From Azolla caroliniana (lineage: Eukaryota > Plantae > Polypodiophyta): a stretch of 64,000 bases of DNA. The position numbers and the translations under genes are program-made. The stretch is taken from the NCBI GenBank assembly GCA_043228905.1, contig JBHGNT010000001.1, forward strand, positions 29,326,001 through 29,390,000, given 5' to 3'. Of the stretch, positions 49,246 through 62,563 are shown piece after piece. Every line of letters starts with the position of its first letter. Position 1 is the stretch's first letter. The notes beneath the pieces are model-generated. The model did not search any database. It was not told the origin of the DNA and saw only the letters and a list, made by a program, of their open reading frames with translations.

Positions 49246-49409
49246 AAATTTACTTAGCGGGTTCTCTTAATGTGAACACACACTCAATACTCACCCATAG
49301 AAGGCTTATGATACTACTACTAATTCCATTTCTGCTTACAATTACTCTTACATGGTATGGTCTTCATGAATTCTGCAGCTTTTCCCAGGGTCTTCCAAGG
49401 CTCCAGAGA

Positions 49410-49493
49410 ATGATGGGGATTTAGAAGATGCATTCCATCGTATGTTCAAATCAAAGTAATACTCTCACCCAAAACTCTGAACTATTTTCATTA
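49410..49493 (+). pseudogene. 5' stub of a duplicated PPR gene
   Basis: Matches 6849-6930 (ATGATGGGGATTTAG, early stop), then switches to sequence homologous to about 13425. Confidence 0.75.
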
Positions 49494-50532
49494 ATTGTTT
49501 ATTAATAAAACAAGGAACAATGTGGAGACAAAATAAACTTTACTAGATGGTTTATTGTAATGGAAAACACATAGGATGTTTGTCTTGTAAGTTGTATCTT
49601 CTAGGGGAAAATACCCTTTGTGAAGCATAGGGGTAATGAAGGACAACTATGCGCAAAAAATCTCAATAAACTCTAGATAATGAAGTGACAAGATATTTCA
49701 ACTTGTAAACTTGTAAACTTGTAAACTAGTAAGCCATAAAGCCACCCTATATTCAGGATTGTAAGTTTGTCATGAAAACAAAGCTAGTGTAGGATAAGAT
49801 GCAAATAATGCCAATGTATAACTTTTTATTTGTATTCTTGTGAAAAGCTAGTTTAGGATAAGCTGCAAATATTGCCAATATATAACTTTTTATTTGTATT
49901 CTTGTGAAAAACACTTGAATATGGGAGTTTATTATGCATGGAGTATATATGGTCATATCACACCATGGTCTATGACTTTATCAATGTTATAAGGATTCAT
50001 ATGCATTTATATGCACCCTTATGATGTAGGAAAAGACATAGTTTACATATCCGGTCTATATGGACTTCATGACAAAATAGAATTGACATAATATGTTTAA
50101 AGGTGGTTGTAACAATGATGAAATTGTGCTATAAATTAAAATTGTAACAATACATAAGAAGAGAATAAGGAACTACAAATATATATGAGTGATCCAAGGG
50201 GTCTATCTTCTCATGCATCATCGAACCTTACAACATATGATAGCTTCCGTCATAATTGTTTATAAAGGGAAGTTCAAACTTCCTTTTCTACAAGATTGGC
50301 CTAGGATTCTCAACAATGGTCATACATACCGTTTTTATAATCAAATAAAGGAGCCACTATGTCCATTAATAGTCCACCTTTGTAGCTCATGTTATATCCC
50401 AATCATGGAATATATAGTGTGTCCTCATGCATGTGCCCATTTGGAGATCCATACTTTAATTGCATTGTTGCACCATACTATATAACAAGCTAGCTTAATC
50501 CGCATACCATTATTACATTACAACCACTACTA

Positions 50533-51836
50533 TGTTGCAAAGTTTCGTGTGCGTGTGTCGCTCGAACGGGACCATTGGGGCCTTGGATTGGGGAGACAAA
50601 AGTAGTGAGGAAGTGGGAGATTAAGACAAAGACATGGAGAAATATACATAAGTTTTTATATAAAATTGGCTTAGGTTTAATACCACGATTTCAATTGTTT
50701 TTTTTCCAGTTTCATGATTAATCAAAACAATGTCGTGGAGAAAACTAGCCATAGGAGGAAACGGGGGCAAAGACGTAGGAACCGACCCTTACGCGTGGCC
50801 GCACTATTTACTAAGTTGTACATAACTAGGTCTAATTTAGCCGATGTAAATATACTAGGTAGTACGCATTAATTGTCTAGGGAATCCAAGCGAATCTCTG
50901 TCCGATGGGACAGAGGATAAATGCATGTAACCGAGGGTGTAACGGTCTTCCTCGGTGGCCTATAAAAGGGAGGGGGAAAGACTGCGTCAGCATCAGACAT
51001 TTTTGGGGAGGACGAAGTGTTATTGGACTAGGAACCAAGCTCTCTCCTCCACCATCGTTGTTGTTTCTGCAGGGATTTTGGGTTAAGTTGTTTGCCTCTA
51101 CTGCGTGAAAGCCCATGTGCTTCCGGTAGAGGCTCCATTGCGAATTTCAGTGCGTGTGTTCATCCGTGTTGAGTCTGTCGCCGGCTTGCCGATTGTAACA
51201 TTGCAAGCTTTGTAATCTATACAGTTATTCGAATTGATTTTCTCGTTTCTGTGTCTGTGTGTTTTCTGCGATTCTCTCTCTCTCTGTCATCTCTCACGCT
51301 CCTCGGTTCAGGGCCCCCGCGGTCCCGCGTTATATCATACACGAAAGTGAAACAACACGACATATTTGGTGAACCCAACGTGAAACAAGGCGGCAGAGGG
51401 GTTGAAGATGAGGGGATCGGAGCTTGCCGAAGCCATGGCGGTAGCGGCTGATCGGATAGTAAACGTTCGCGGGGGCACAAGCGCCCTCGACAGGGCCATC
51501 GAAGCGATTGTCTGCGCGATAGGCCGGTTCAATGGGAAGAACGTCACGAGTTATTTGGAGGCCTACTGGGCCGAAATGATGATGAGAGACATTCCGGAAG
51601 ATAGGCGGTTGGCTAGTTTCCCTCGAGTGGTGACGCCAGGCATTCACGAAGAGGTACTCGAGGTACAAGCTGGATGCCGAACCTGGGGAGAGTTTGAAGG
51701 ATGGATCCTTGAGAAATACGGGCTCGATGACTCGCTTCGGCTATCAAAGCGAGAGTTCATGGAGTGGGTGGAGACCCCCGGAAAAGTGAGGAACACGTCT
51801 ACGCTCCTCCAGGAATTTTAAAAACGGTTCGGTCAG
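50533..51836 (+). mobile_element. Truncated Ty3/Gypsy element: 5' LTR (50533-51362), tRNA-Trp PBS, gag start
   Basis: TGTTG...CGACA then TATTTGGTGAACCCAACGTGAA; gag MRGSELAEAMA...GRFNGKNVTSYL is homologous to gag at 57745. Confidence 0.8.
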
Positions 51837-51947
51837 TGTGGTGAAGATTTCCGACCACAATGTGAAACCGGGGTGGAATACGGCAAGTCGGTGGTGTGCT
51901 ACATGTGCACATGTATAGTAGGAAATGGTGTATAGAATAAAGGGGAG
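51837..51947 (+). mobile_element. 5' fragment of another LTR (TGT(G/C)GTGAAG family)
   Basis: Homologous to the reverse complement of about 62640-62747. Confidence 0.6.
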
Positions 51948-54074
51948 TGTCACGTTCATTAAAAGAGAATAGAAATCTCCCATTAGCCATATTGCTAAAA
52001 TTCAAGGAGCATTCCAACCAACTTGACCAAGCCCATTTCTTACATATTATTTACATATATGACAAAGTCATTCTAAAAAATGTATGCAAATTGGTCTCCA
52101 AACATCACAAGCTATTATATTAATCTAACATCTCAAACATACATTGTAATTTGTATCATAAACATATAAAGTTAAAAAAATGAATTAAACTTGGTCATTG
52201 AATATAACTTACCTCACAACTAGCATGGCATAGTCATATTTAACAATATATGGCAATTTGACAAAACATATGTCAAGCTCAAGAGTGGTCAACACATTTG
52301 AATATTGTCAATGGTTGTAATTTGTGAATTTATCTAGCAGTCTTCGGAGAGCATTCACGATCTCATTGTAGATATACTTACCATCCATCACAAATATGAG
52401 TATTATTTTAATGAGAAATTCAAAAAAATCCAAATATATATAACTTGAATTGCGTATTATCCTAAGAGTCAGTGGACAAGGTACACTTTGTTTTGTTGAC
52501 TTAATGTGTTGTTGTATGACAGGAACTTGGCGGTAATCAGCGAGATGGTTGATGTGGAAAGAGGAACCATATTTGTTGAGTTGACAGTATAATGTATTGG
52601 ATCGCCTTCCAATTTGTGATGTATAGGAAATTGGTGGTAACCGGCGAGATAGTTGATGTGGAAAGAGGAAGCATATTTGTTGATTTGACACTATAGTGTA
52701 TATGGATCGCTTGCAAATCTGCAATAGACAGGAGCAAGTTGAAGAAGTATTGAAAGGTTCATAACTATGACCTACGAGAGCTTGTTTCCGAACATAAGTA
52801 CTTTGGTTGTTGTCTATGGATATGATACCATGCATTGTGTCTAAGGAATAGCTTACAGTTAGTGGATTGTTTACTCTATTTTGGATTTGTTTCCTCAACT
52901 AGTGTCTTTCACAAGACGGGCTCGGGGGAAAAACTTTGTATGTTGTAGATGTTAGGACACTTTTTATACAACTAACGGAAGGATATTTATTTTGGAAAAG
53001 AAAGAGAGAGTCAGTGGACAAGGCCAAGTGACCTTTTAGGCTCTAAATCTGAGGGATTTCGATGATTTAACATGTATGATTAATTTAAACCTATAAATAA
53101 TAACATATTGAAAGCCCAAGGTTTCCATACATATAGAAATTGCACATAATAAAAAGTGAATTTCAACATGTATCATACGCACGGTTTGATATTACAAAGA
53201 AAACCATTTGTGAAACTAGACCTAATTGCAATGTTGGTTGTCATGATTAGTAAAGATTAAACACAATTTTTAGTGTATTTGTAAACATATATTGTACAAC
53301 AACGATAAACACCATTAATTAATAAAACAAGGAACAATGCGGAGACAAAATAAACTTTACTAGATGGTTTATAGTAATCGAAAACACATAGGATGTTTGT
53401 CTTGTATCTTCTAGGGAAAAACACCCTTCCTGAAGCCTAACGGTAACGAAGGACAACTATGAGCAGCAAATCTCAATAAAATCTAGATAATGAAGTGACA
53501 AGATATTTCAACTTGTAAACTAGTAGGCTATAAAGCCACCCTACATTCAAAATTGTAATTGTGTAAGTTTGTTATGAAAGCAAAGCTAGTTTAGGATAAG
53601 ATGCAAATAATGCCAAAATATAACTTTTTATTTGTATTGTTGTGAAAAACACTTGAATATGGGAGTTTATTATGCATGGAGTATATATGGTCATATCAAA
53701 CCATGCTCCATGACTTTATCAACATTATAAGGATTCATATGCGTGTATATGCACCCTTACGATGTACGAAAAGACCTAGTTGACATATGTTCTCTACATG
53801 GACCCTTCAATAGTACATACCGAAATGGTTTGCATGGCAAATCGGGATTGCCATAATATGTTTAAAGGTTGTTGCAAAAATGATGAAATTGTGCTATAAA
53901 TTTAAAATTGTAACAATAACTAAGACGATAACAAGTAACTACAAATATATATGACTGATCTAAGGGGTCTATCTCCTCATGCATCGTGTAACCTTAGAAC
54001 ATATGATAGCTTTCATCATAATTGTTTATAAAGGGAAGTTCAAACTTTTTTTTCTACAAAAATTGGCCTAGGAC

Positions 54075-54274
54075 CATAGTATGAACCATACGTACCATAC
54101 TTTTGGATTAACTATTTATTATGAGGTAAATAAACCTAAAAAAATGGAAAAAAACAAAAAAATCCTTAAAAAAATGGAAAAAAACACACAAGAATGTTTG
54201 AATAACATTTGCATTCATTTTCCAACGTAGGAAAACGAATTTATGCTAGAAGAACACGAGTTTTACGTACTATG
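54075..54274. mobile_element. CATAGTA MITE (paralog of 14183-14382)
   Basis: Same termini and flanks as the 14183 copy. Confidence 0.8.
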
Positions 54275-55074
54275 CCCAAGATTCTCAACAATCGTCATAT
54301 ATACCGTTTTTATCATCAAATAAAGGAACCACTATGTCCATTAATAGCCCACCTTTGCAGGGCATGTTATATACCAATCATGGAATATATGTTGTGACCT
54401 CATGCATGTGCCCACTTGGAGATTCATACTTTATTTACATTGTTGCACCATACTATATAACAAGACTAGCTTAATTTGCATACCATTATCACATTACAAC
54501 CACTCTAGTCAAGACCTAGAAGGAGCATTTGGTTTGAATAAGATAACATGGGGGGTAAGTACAACCACAAATATCTAATGCGCCAATTGTTTTCAATAGT
54601 ATGTGCATGATATGGCAAACAAAGATTTTTTTGAGGAACGTAGAATGATTTCGACACAATCTGGTTCTCCGATCTGGCTCCCGAATTGGACTCATTGACC
54701 TGGCTCTTGGCTTGTTCAACTGATCCGGCCCACGTTGAGCTTGCCCGATCAACACTCCCCGTCAAGCTCAACTTGAGGTCGGTCCGTCTTGTTAGTATCC
54801 ACTATTCCTTTTCTCTGGCTCCTCTTGCCGTTTTCGCGTCTCTAATGTAGTTGAGCATTTGATCGTGCACATAGGATGCGAGGTAGTACAACACTATGGT
54901 TGCTCCTTGTTCCCATGCCGAGAAGTCCTTGTGTGCCGGCTCAGTGCTACCTCATTCACTCCTACGTAACTCTAGTAGCCTTGTCCCAACAGGTAATGGT
55001 GCATCTTGTACGACTAAGATGTGTAGTTGCTCCGGTCGAGCTTTTCTGTAAGAAGGGAGCTTGCCATGCTTCTT

Positions 55075-56700
55075 GTCACAGACATGAGAAGAGTCATGTC
55101 AAGATTCAAACTCATCACCTCTTGTATATAGTCAAGTGTTTTGTTCTAACCAACACATCCAAATACATAATCATGTTATGCATTTATTAGTAGATTATCT
55201 ATTCCAAGTTCTTGGAGTTTTTAGAAGCTTTTGCATGAAAATGGGTCTATGCATAGAACTACATGTAGAGCCCACAAACATGTATAAATACTTGTAATCT
55301 CCTTGGTCTCTTCCAAGGGATTCAACGTTAGTCACTGAAATATCAATATAGTTTTCCTCGTTTCATGCCATATTGTCTCCTTGATCTTCATATTTGTCCT
55401 CATACTCTCTAGTTACTCACAACTTCCAGAGTTCCTAATCATGTTATGCATTTATTAGTAGATTATCTATTCCAAGTTCTTGGAGTTTTTAGAAGCTTCT
55501 GCATGAAAATGTGTCATGGACACACCAAGTGTGGACTAAGACAGAGCACGGATGGTGAGGCTATGACGGAGCGATGACGCGAGGAACAAGAGCATAAAGA
55601 TAGAGATGAAGAGCAAGGAGAGAGGATGGGCGAAATGAGAATAGTAGATTGATATGTCAATGACTGGCGTTGTTCACCTTGAATTCCTTCAAGGTGAACT
55701 CAACTATTTATACTGAGTGGCATGCATACCTATTGCACGCATGTGATACAATAGAGCACGTAGGCAGTAGGTACGCATGCATGTGCCAAGTGTTAATAAT
55801 ACAAGGGAGAAATTATGCACATGATGCTAGCTAAAACCTACAATGAGGAAATATATACATGATTATATGTTAGATGTGTGGTTAACACATAACACTCGAT
55901 TACAACATGGTTATGTCAAGAGTTCGAATCTTGACAAAATGGGTCTATGCATAGAACTACATGTAGAGCCCACAAACATGTATAAATACTTGTAATCTCC
56001 TTGGTCTCTTCCAAGGGATTCAACGTTAGGCACTGAAATATCAATCTAGTTTTCCTCGTTTCATGCCATATTGTCTCCTTGATCTTCATATTTGTCTTCA
56101 TACTCTCTAGTTACTCACAACTTCCAGAGTTCCTAATCATGTTATGCATTTATTAGTAGATTATCTATTCCAAGTTCTTGGAGTTTTTAGAAGCTTCTCC
56201 ATGAAAATGGGTCTATGCATAGAACTACATGTAGAGCCCACAAACATGTATAAATACTTGTAATCTCCTTGGTCTCTTCCAAGGGATTCAACCTTAGTCA
56301 CTAAAATATCAATCTAGTTTTCCTCGTTTCATGCCATATTGTCTCCTTGATCTTCATATTTGTCTCCATACTCTCTAGTTACTCGCAACTTCCTGAGTTC
56401 CTAGCCTCGTCACTTCTAATTCCATGTTTGTAGCCTTATTAGTCGTAGCCTCGTGTCATCCATGCTTCGTTGTAGTCCTTCGTTGGTGTGTCCGTGACTG
56501 TTTACCTCTTGTATATAGTCATGTGTTATGTTCTAACCAACACATCCAAATACATAATCATGTTATGCATCTATTAGTAGATTATCTATTCCAAGTTCTA
56601 GGAGTTTTTAGAAGCTTTTCGAAATCTCCAGAAGCTTTTGCATGAAAATGGGTCTATGCATGGAACTACATGTAGAGCCCACAAACATGTATAAATACTT
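55075..56700. repeat. Locally amplified and scrambled LTR-like repeat units
   Basis: TAATCATGTTATGCA...GAAAATGGGTCTATGCATAGAACTACATGTAGAGCCCAC blocks recur several times; single copy in the paralog at about 15280. Confidence 0.7.
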
Positions 56701-57744
56701 GTCATCTCCTTGGTCCCTTTAAAGGGGTTCAACACTAGTCATTGACACATCAATCTATTATTCTTGTTTTGCCCCATCTTGCCCCATCTTGTCTCCTTGA
56801 TCTTTATCTCTGTCTTCATGCTCTTGTTTCATTCCTAGCTTCTTAAGTTCCACGCTCTTAGCCCCATCATCCGTGCTCCGTCCAAGTCCATGGTTGGTGT
56901 GTCTGTTATACTTCTGTCCATTCTTTCCTTCTTTCTTTCTGTTCTTTAATGGAAGCAAGGTCTTGGTCTATCTAAGCTCTTTCTGTCGGCAATAGAGGAT
57001 TCTCAACCCTCGCACTTTGCTACCATGTAAAAGTTGATGTTGTCGTAGTGTGAATCACACACTACGTTGTCGTGAAGAAAACCGTCCACAAGTGGAATCG
57101 GTGTACTGGAGCGTAGAAACCGACTCTTCATGCGCGTGCGCCTTAAGGAAATCCTAGGAAGATTCGGTAGGTAGGGAGAAAAGGGAAAACGGCTCCTTCC
57201 TTGTCTAAAAAAAGTAAAGGGAGACGAGGAGAGAAAAGGAGGGGCGGAGAGTCGAGGACGAGGGGCTGTCGGATTGGGCGCGAAGGCTTCTCTCTCTCTC
57301 TCTCTCTCTCTGGTTCACAGGCTCCATAGCTTCCTTCTGTGCAGGTTTCGGGAGGCTCGCGCTGCTTCGAGGAATGCCCGAGTGCTTCCGGCAGCACCTC
57401 CAACCTGTTCCTGTCTTTCTGTGCGTTTACGAACAGGTATCGGCATCTGTCCGCCGGCCTGTTCGGTTGTAACCGACTTCGTGTTTTGTTGTCTTAGTGT
57501 TCTTGTTGTTTGTCTTGTCAATACATACATACTTTCGTGTCTTTTGTGTCGTTGTCCCATTCGCGTCCTTGCGTCGAAGGGTCGTGTCCCTGTGAATCTA
57601 CGCTCGCACGTAGTGGGTCTCTCTCTCTCTCCCTTACTCTTCGGTACAGGACTCCCGAGGTTCCGCCTCACTCCACGCATCCGCGAGGAATACCTCGACA
57701 TATTTGGTGAACCCGACGTGAAAGAGGCGGCAGAAGAGCAGAGG

Positions 57745-59871
57745 ATGAGGGGGTCGGATCTTGCAGAGGCCATGGCTACGGCCGTGGATCGGATATTGAG
57801 CACACGCAAGGGCACCGGTGCCCTCGACAGAGCCATTGAGGCGGTCGTCCGTACGATCGGCCGTTTCAGCGGAAAGGATGCTACGAGGTATTTGGCGTCC
57901 TACGGGGCGGAAATGCTGATGCGGGACATTCCGGAAGAGAGGCGTCTTGCCGGGTTCCCTCGAGTGGCGATGCCGAGCATCCATGCGGAGGTGCTCGAGG
58001 TACGGGCGGAGAGCCGTACCTGGGAGGAGTTCGAAGGCCGACTCCTAGAGAAATATGGGCTGGACGATGCGCTCCGGCTTTCGAAACGGGACTTCATGGA
58101 ATGGGTGGAGTCCCCCGGCAAAGGAAGAAACGCGTCGGCACTCCTCCGGGAGTTCGAAGAACGCTTTGCGCGCCTTTCGGCACTTGATCGAACCATTCTG
58201 GATACGAGCCGGGTCCTACTGTTCGTCAAGTCGGTGGACGAGCGGGACCGGGATCAAGTCGGCTCCTTGCTGGAAACTGAAGACGGGCTGACAACCGACT
58301 GGGCTGCGGTTAAGAGAGTCTGTGGCCGTTTTGACAAACGGCGAGAATGGGCTGACAACGGGGTGGCAGGTGCGGGCTCTGTTACAGCAAGGAGGCTTGA
58401 ACCGGCACCGCAAGTGCGAAGGGAAGAAACCCGGGAATAGCTCGAGACCGGTCCAGCTTCGACCAGCATGGTCAATGGCTCGTCCGAAGGAGCCGCGCTA
58501 GAGGAGTTGACGCGGGCGATAAAGGATCTCCAGATCGCCCAGACTCGAAGGGAAGGCGGCGAACCGGCTCGTGACCGACGGCCGGCAGCAGGGAACAGGT
58601 GCATGTGGTGCGACGAGGTCGGCCACATTCGGAAGGATTGCGGCGATTTCGCAGAGGCGTTGAGAAACCGAGTGGTGTACCTGTGGGAAGGCCGGGTGCA
58701 CGCTGGCGACACCAGGAGGGCGCTGAGCCGAAACGACGGGAGAGGAGGTATGAAGAGACTAATGGAAGAGGCAGTGGCCCGACACGTGGAGGCCATCCAC
58801 TACTCGGCGTCAGCCGGTATTCAAGTCGGGGGCAGCGAGGCCCGAAAGGAAAGTAAAGACGGTTTCTGGTCGGCAATGCTGGAAGGCCTCGCTGGCGCGC
58901 AGCTGAGGAAAGATGAAACGGACCGCGCTGAGAGGCGGGTCCGGGAAATAACCGGGTGGAGCGATCCGGTCGAGGAGAAGACGGGCTTCGTAGAAGCCGC
59001 TTGCCGGAACTACGAGGCTCTGGTAGAAGAAAAACGAGTGGGGAAAGCCGGAGCGGCCGGGCCCTCACAACGGTACGAGACCCGATTCGGGCAACGACGG
59101 AACGATGCCAGTGGGTCCAGCTCGCAAGATAACCCCAGGAAGGGCGGATACCGACTAGGGACGGAAATTGAAAGGACTACGGACCTACGGAAGGTCCTAG
59201 AGGAACGGATCCTCGACAGCAAGGTGGAGCTGTCATTACGGGAGGTGCTAGGGATCGCCAAGAAGGAGTTCCACGACTCCATTGTAGACTTGGTGAAACG
59301 GAAGAGACTGTCGACGGAGACGGAACCGGAAAAACCGATGGAGGTGCGGACGACGCACATCGACGACTCGGCGCTGGAAGATGAGTGGGCGGAGAGCCAC
59401 TATTCGAGGCCACACTGGGCCCGAGCGACCACGGAGACCCCGGTAAAAATCGGAGATGTTCGGGAACCGGTGGTGGCGTTGGTGGACCACGGTTCGGAAA
59501 TAAACCTAATGTCCATGGACTTCTATAAGAAGAGGAAGTGGCCGATCAACACCAAGCACGGGTGGAAGATACGAGCGGCGACGCGCGCCACAGAGGAACT
59601 GCATGGGGCCTGCCCGAACGTGCGAGTCAAGATCGGCGACGTCGAGATTGACCAGCACTTCTTCGTACAGGAAACGTCTTCGCACCCGGTCATATTAGGG
59701 GAACCATACATCACGGCGGCGCGAATGGAGACCAAGGTGCTGGACAACGGTTCGGCCTACGCGAGGGTCAAAAGCCAGGACGGGCGCCATTCGGTGCAAT
59801 TTTTGACGGTGCGGCCGAACCATGAGAGAAACCGCGAGTCCCTCGGTGGCGAGAACCGGGAGGATTTTTAG
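57745..59871 (+). pseudogene. gag - zinc knuckle - aspartic protease ORF with one premature stop
   Basis: CMWCDEVGHIRKDC knuckle; ALVDHGSEINLM protease; in-frame TAG at 58438-58440. Confidence 0.85.
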
Positions 59872-62563
59872 AGAGGGCTGCCAAGGCGTGGGGCCGAGAC
59901 AGCCCGGACACTCGGAAAAGACCCCACGACTGTACGATAGGTAGGGGATTTTGCTTCTCCGACAACGGAGGGTGTATGATGGTCGACATCGTTGGCCGAG
60001 AAAAGACAAGGGCGGAAGAGCGACTTCGAGCGTGCGGAGTTCTCGGCCCGGACGAGGAAATCAGCGGAGCCGTGGAGGCGGTCTCCTTCGACGACACCTT
60101 AGGGATGCTGAGGAAGGTTGCCGGAGAAGACCTTAACGAAGACCGGACGATACCGGTATGTTCCGAAGAGATGTACGAAGTCATCGCGGACTTCAGTCGG
60201 GGGCTCGGGACGGATCAGACGGCCCGAGTCAGCACAAAGTACAAGACTGTGGACCGGAAGGTAAGGCCAGTCTCGGCACCCTTACCGGAGGGCAGCGAGT
60301 CCAGGATCAGAGGGGTTGCGTCGGACCCCAGTTTACGAGATCCGGCCTGCATAGGGCACACCTTCACCGACGGGACGCTCCGGGAGCTCAAAATCGGTGG
60401 GGGCGGGTTCCTACTGCCGGCGGAGGAAGACCGGTTTCGGAGGATGCTCGGAAGGCACTGGAAAGCCTTCGCATTCTCACCGGAAGAGATCGGGTGCGTA
60501 GACCCGACGATCGTGGAGCCGATGGTGATATTCACGGTACCGCATGTGCCGTGGAATCTCAAGCCGATTCCGGTACCGAGAGCTCACATCCCGAAGTTGA
60601 TGGAGCTATTGAGGCAGAAAGTAGATATGGGCATTCTTGAACCGTCGAGTGCCCCATACTCGAACCGATGGTTTACCGTACCGAAAAAAAACGGAACGTT
60701 GCGCTTCATTCAAGACCTGCAGCCGGTCAACAGAGTGACCATTCGAAACGCAGGAATCGGACCGACCATAGACGAGTTCGCGGAGGCCTTTGCCGGAAGG
60801 TCGATTTACTTGGTCGGTGATCTGTACTCAGGGTACGACCAGTTCCAGCTAGCCGTGGAAAGCAGAGACATTACGACGATGCGAACTCCCCTCGGCCTAG
60901 TGCGAATGTGTACCCTGCCACAGGGAGGGACCAACTCGGTGGCCCACATGGTGAATGCAATGAACAAGGTACTGAGGGATTGCATCCCGGACATCACCAT
61001 GCCGTTTCTAGACGACATCCCTATCAAAGGGTGCCCGGTGGAAGAGAAGGACGAGACACTCGGGCCGGACGGATGCCGGCGATTCGTTGCAACACACATC
61101 AACGACTGTGAGAAGGTGCTACAAAGGCTAGAGGAGGTGAGGCTCACCTTCTCCGGGGAGAAATCGGCCTTCGGGCAATCAGAAATCCTGGTGGTCGGGC
61201 ATCTATGCGGACCATATGGCCGGAAGCCGTCTCTGGCAAAGGTAGAAGCCATCTCCGCGATGAAGACCGACTGTAGCTCGGTTACGGAAGTTCGGAGGTT
61301 CCTAGGGGCATGCGCGTTCTACCACATATGGATCCCGCATTACGCCCACGTTGCGGAGCCGCTATACGGGTTGCTGAAGAAAGGGCAAAAATTCGAATGG
61401 CGAGACGAGCATACGGAGTCGGTCCGGAAGCTGAAGGAAGCTCTTGCGGCAGCACCGGCGCTCCGGAAGGCTGTCTACGGGAAGGGTACCCCGGTATACA
61501 TAACGGTGGATACGAGTCCGACCGGGATCGGATGGGTCGTCAACCAAGAAGACGAGGACGGCGTTCGGTTCCCGATCCGATTCGGCGCGAAGGTCCTCAG
61601 TGAGCGACAACGAGGGTACGCCCAAGTTAAACGTGAACTCTGGGGTATCGTTTCGGCAGTAAAGGCCGACAAAGACTACCTGATCGGGGCAGAAGTGATT
61701 ATCGAGACGGATTGCCTGCCAATCCTCGGCATGGTTTCCGGATGCGCGACACCGGACCTGGCGATGCTCAGGTGGATAGCCTACGTCAAGTCCCTAGACC
61801 CGGAAATACGGCACATTTCCGGAAAGGATAACGCCATGGCCGACATGCTTTCGAGGGCAAGGTTTGATGACGAGGGCGGCATGGTTTCGGAGGACGAAGA
61901 AGTCGGCGTGGACTTCTTCGAGTCAGCGTACGTGACGACCGATGGGACGAGCACTCCGGCACTTAACGACTTCGACGAGAGCAAGTACGACGGCGAGTGG
62001 CTCCAGATCGGTGGATTCTTGAGGACAATGACGCCGGATGCGTCATGGACGAAGGACGAGTCCAACCGGATCCGGAAGAAAGCTTACCGATTCTTTCTCC
62101 GGGACGGATACCTATGGAAGCACCCGAAGAAGAGGGACGGCGCTCCGCTCCGGGTGGTGGCGATGAAGGAAGAACAGGAGGAGCTGCTGACGGCCTACCA
62201 CGACAGCCCTTGGGCCGGACACCGTGGAACCTGGGCCACGTTCGAGAAGATAAAGGGGAAGTACTGGTGGTCGGGACTGTACCGGGACGTGCATCGATTT
62301 GTGACAACTTGCGAGAGCTGTCAGATGCACTCCATAGTCCGACACCGGGACGAACTTCACCCTACGTACCCTCCGACCATCCACTTCAAATGGATGGTAG
62401 ACCTGGTAACGATGCCGATAGGAGTAGGACAGATGCGGTATCTGGTCCTGGCTCGGGAAGATCTAACGAACCAGGTTGAAGGCCGGGCCCTTCAGAACAA
62501 AACGACTACGGCCGTATGTCGGTTCCTGCTCGAGGACGCAATATGCCGGTACGGGTGCGTCGG
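59862..62563 (+). CDS. pol (RT - RNase H - partial integrase) in the -1 frame
   Basis: DLYSGYDQ, LPQG, FLDD (RT); VDTS, RELWG, ETDC (RNase H); H..GH...CESCQ and WMVDLV (integrase); frame open from 59862. Confidence 0.85.

Larger units (their letters stand above)
57068..62563 (+). mobile_element. Ty3/Gypsy retrotransposon, 3'-truncated within integrase
   Basis: 5' LTR 57068-57700 (TGTCGTGAAG...CGACA); PBS TGGTGAACCCGACGTGAA at 57705-57722, complementary to the plant tRNA-Trp 3' end; gag-PR-RT-RH-IN order. Confidence 0.9.

Noticed and set aside
52308-52898. 196-aa ORF as a gene
   Set aside because: The paralog at about 12400-13005 is interrupted by stops, there is no recognisable domain, and the start is non-ATG.
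57274-57744. N-terminal 157 aa of the 388-aa ORF
   Set aside because: Read-through of LTR sequence including a CT microsatellite; gag homology with the 51402 copy starts at ATG 57745.
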